Positions 8,663 through 10,073 of a DNA stretch of 10,073 nt are shown here, one piece after another. The DNA comes from Deltaproteobacteria bacterium TL4 (GTDB taxonomy: Bacteria > SAR324 > NAC60-12). Location: assembly GCA_051382335.1 (NCBI GenBank), contig JBBCAX010000394.1:1-10073 (forward strand). The letters are read 5' to 3'. The position numbers and the translations under genes were made by a program. Within the stretch, counting starts at the first letter, position 1; the number at the start of each line of letters is the position of its first letter. A model generated the notes under the pieces. The model was not told the DNA's origin. It made no database searches and saw only the letters and a program-made list of their open reading frames with translations.

Positions 8663-8765
8663 AACGATGATTTATTGAGAATAAAGTCTTTATAAATAGA
8701 CGCTGCCTCTGGAAGAGGTGGCATTGAGTGAATCAAGGGAATTCCTTCTTTGTACAAAGAGTCTT

Positions 8766-9005
8766 ATGTATTCCACCTATCATTTACAAGCTGATGAACT
8801 AAATGAACAATTTTTGAAAAGTCTTCAGATCTTGTTTCAAGGACAAGAGCTGGAGATTGCGGTCCAAGCTTGCGATGACACCGAACATCTGATGCGTTCA
8901 GAATCGAATCGACAACACTTGCTCCAATCCATCGCTCATATAGAATCTGGGAAAAATCTGGTTGAAGTGAACCTTGAGGACTATGAACAGAAAGATTCTT
9001 TTTGA
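8766..9005 (+). CDS. Antitoxin partner of YoeB/Txe (YefM-like C-terminus, non-Phd N-terminus)
   Basis: DDTEHLMRSESNRQHLLQSIAHIESG matches the YefM/Axe toxin-binding helix (ETxYLLRSPxNxxxLxxSI). Overlaps the yoeB start. ATG 8766 is preferred to GTG 8718. Confidence 0.8.
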   Translation: MYSTYHLQADELNEQFLKSLQILFQGQELEIAVQACDDTEHLMRSESNRQHLLQSIAHIESGKNLVEVNLEDYEQKDSF

Positions 9006-9258
9006 ACAACAAGCCTTTGAGGATTTTACTCAGTGGTCACAAGAACAACTTCAGATTTTTCAAAAAATTCTTCGGTTGGTCAGGGAAATCAGTCGTGAGC
9101 CTTTCAAGGGAATTGGAAAACCCGAACCCCTCAAAAATCAGCTTCAGGGATACTGGTCTCGCAGAATTACTGATGAACACAGACTGGTTTACAAGGTTAC
9201 AGAGGAAACTTTAATCGTGGCAAGCTGTCGCTATCATTATCCTAAAAATCCTCCATGA
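8983..9258 (+). CDS. yoeB: Txe/YoeB family type II toxin (ribosome-dependent mRNase)
   Basis: AFEDFTQW, PFKGIGKPEPLK, GYWSRRITDEHRLVYKV and SCRYHY are hallmark YoeB motifs. Confidence 0.96.
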   Translation: MNRKILFEQQAFEDFTQWSQEQLQIFQKILRLVREISREPFKGIGKPEPLKNQLQGYWSRRITDEHRLVYKVTEETLIVASCRYHYPKNPP

Positions 9259-9343
9259 TTTATTTTCAGAAGCGTTGCTTCTTTCACTGAGGTGAGCGTT
9301 TCTCCCCCCTACATTTATCTCATCCTTTCCTCTGCCTCCCCTC

Positions 9344-9443
9344 GTCTGTACCGCAGATTTTCCCAGATTCCACCGATTACGCTGATGAACTGCGACCTTT
9401 TATCTGTGTCATCCTTTCATCTGCGTTCATCCGCGGTGCAGAC
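9344..9443. repeat. ~100-bp imperfect palindrome built of ~9-10-nt GAT/ATC units
   Basis: GTCTGTACCGCAGAT (9344-9358) pairs with ATCCGCGGTGCAGAC (9429-9443) at 13/15. Four xxGAT units on the left mirror four ATCxx units on the right. Confidence 0.7.
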
Positions 9444-9525
9444 AATTTTCCCCCTCACGGCTTCTCCGCCGCATATAAGGCACTCACCTCGGAGGCGGAA
9501 AACTTCATTCTGGGGTGAACTTCCT

Positions 9526-9832
9526 GGGGTTGCATCAAACTTCGGCCACTAAGAGATTGTAAAAATCGACAGTAGTCTCGGTGTTCGTCCCGAGGAACTA
9601 CGGGAATACAATGATTTTCCTGATACCAAACTAAAGGCTGCCAATATTGGGCTACTGGCCTAAGACGGGACAGTTATCATTTCAGTAGGTTGGGTAGAGC
9701 GGCAGCGAAACCCAACATCCAGGCAGTGATGTCCATTTTTCGTTGGGTTTCGCTGCCGCTCTACCCAACCTACGTTTTTGTCCCGCTTTAGACCCGAGGC
9801 CCGATATTGTGGCCGAACTTAGATGCAACCCC
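9526..9832. mobile_element. 307-bp non-autonomous IS derivative (MITE/MIC) with 24-bp TIRs and 8-bp TSD; possibly IS1595 family, IS1016-like
   Basis: Left TIR GGGGTTGCATCAAACTTCGGCCAC (9526-9549) and right TIR revcomp GGGGTTGCATCTAAGTTCGGCCAC (9809-9832) match at 22/24. Exact flanking direct repeat AACTTCCT at 9518-9525 and 9833-9840. No transposase. Confidence 0.92.
9685..9773. repeat. GTAG-family REP doublet (REPIN): perfect 32-bp inverted repeat, 25-bp spacer
   Basis: GTAGGTTGGGTAGAGCGGCAGCGAAACCCAAC (9685-9716) has its exact reverse complement at 9742-9773. Each arm starts with GTAG and has an internal GTTGGGT/ACCCAAC hairpin. Confidence 0.9.
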
Positions 9833-10073
9833 AACTTCCTTAATTCCAATTCAGAGAGAGCCCTATAGTGTTTCACATTTCCGGTAACCAAAGGAAGTTG
9901 ATGGGCGTGAGCTGTGGCTCCAATCAAGGCGTCTGCGACCTTGAGTCCAATACCCGTGCATGAAATCAAATTCTGCCGAAATATGAGTGATATGTAAAAA
10001 TTGAAAAAATAGCAGAATTGGATTGAATATGGCGGTGTTTCTCCCGTAAAGGGGTGTCTTTTTTCACAAAGAT

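Larger units (their letters stand above)
9505..9950 (-). pseudogene. PIN-domain (VapC-like) toxin remnant: C-terminal third only, interrupted by an insertion
   Basis: GLKVADALIGATAHAHQLPLVTGNVKHYRALSELELRK is a PIN C-terminal motif (D.LI.ATA....L.T.N.KH). Removing 9526-9840 restores ...ELRKFTPE* (TGA 9507-9505). The upstream in-frame sequence is not PIN-like. Confidence 0.85.

Noticed and set aside
397..9214. Minus-strand and alternative-frame ORFs nested in the main genes (e.g. 1207-1608, 1882-2199, 5662-6054, 8764-9012, 9002-9214)
   Set aside because: They overlap well-supported plus-strand genes and have no recognisable motifs.
9268..9285. Hairpin AGAAGC-GTT-GCTTCT after yoeB as terminator
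   Set aside because: Only a 6-bp stem with a poor U-tract; too weak to call.
9292..9552. 86-aa plus-strand ORF
   Set aside because: Crosses a pyrimidine tract, the periodic palindrome and the MITE end; not protein-like.
9682..9969. 95-aa minus-strand ORF as an intact gene
   Set aside because: Chimera of a PIN fragment reading through into the MITE and REPIN sequence.
208..10073. DGR template repeat, RT or Avd in this window
   Set aside because: No AAC-rich copy of 61-195 was noticed on either strand and no ORF has RT motifs.

Overview
Bacterial window, roughly 40-45% GC by eye, in three parts. (1) At the left edge (1-306) is the 3' end of an FGE-sulfatase/C-type-lectin-fold gene in frame +1, which the ORF track missed. 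Its last ~45 codons look like the variable repeat (VR) of a diversity-generating retroelement (DGR) target, and an 18-bp stem enclosing a purine-rich loop follows it. No template repeat or reverse transcriptase is visible in the window. (2) A co-directional housekeeping/envelope block follows: KtrB/TrkH plus KtrA/TrkA K+ uptake, a porin-like outer-membrane protein, a GlpD-like FAD oxidoreductase, three hypothetical proteins, an EntD-like phosphopantetheinyl transferase and a Spo0M-like protein. (3) An accessory tail (8.1-10 kb) is rich in toxin-antitoxin material: an orphan antitoxin with a three-codon toxin stub, an intact antitoxin/YoeB pair, a periodic palindrome and a PIN/VapC remnant. The PIN remnant is split by a 307-bp non-autonomous element (24-bp TIRs, 8-bp TSD) that carries a perfect 32-bp GTAG REP doublet. 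All calls come from reading the sequence; no searches were run.
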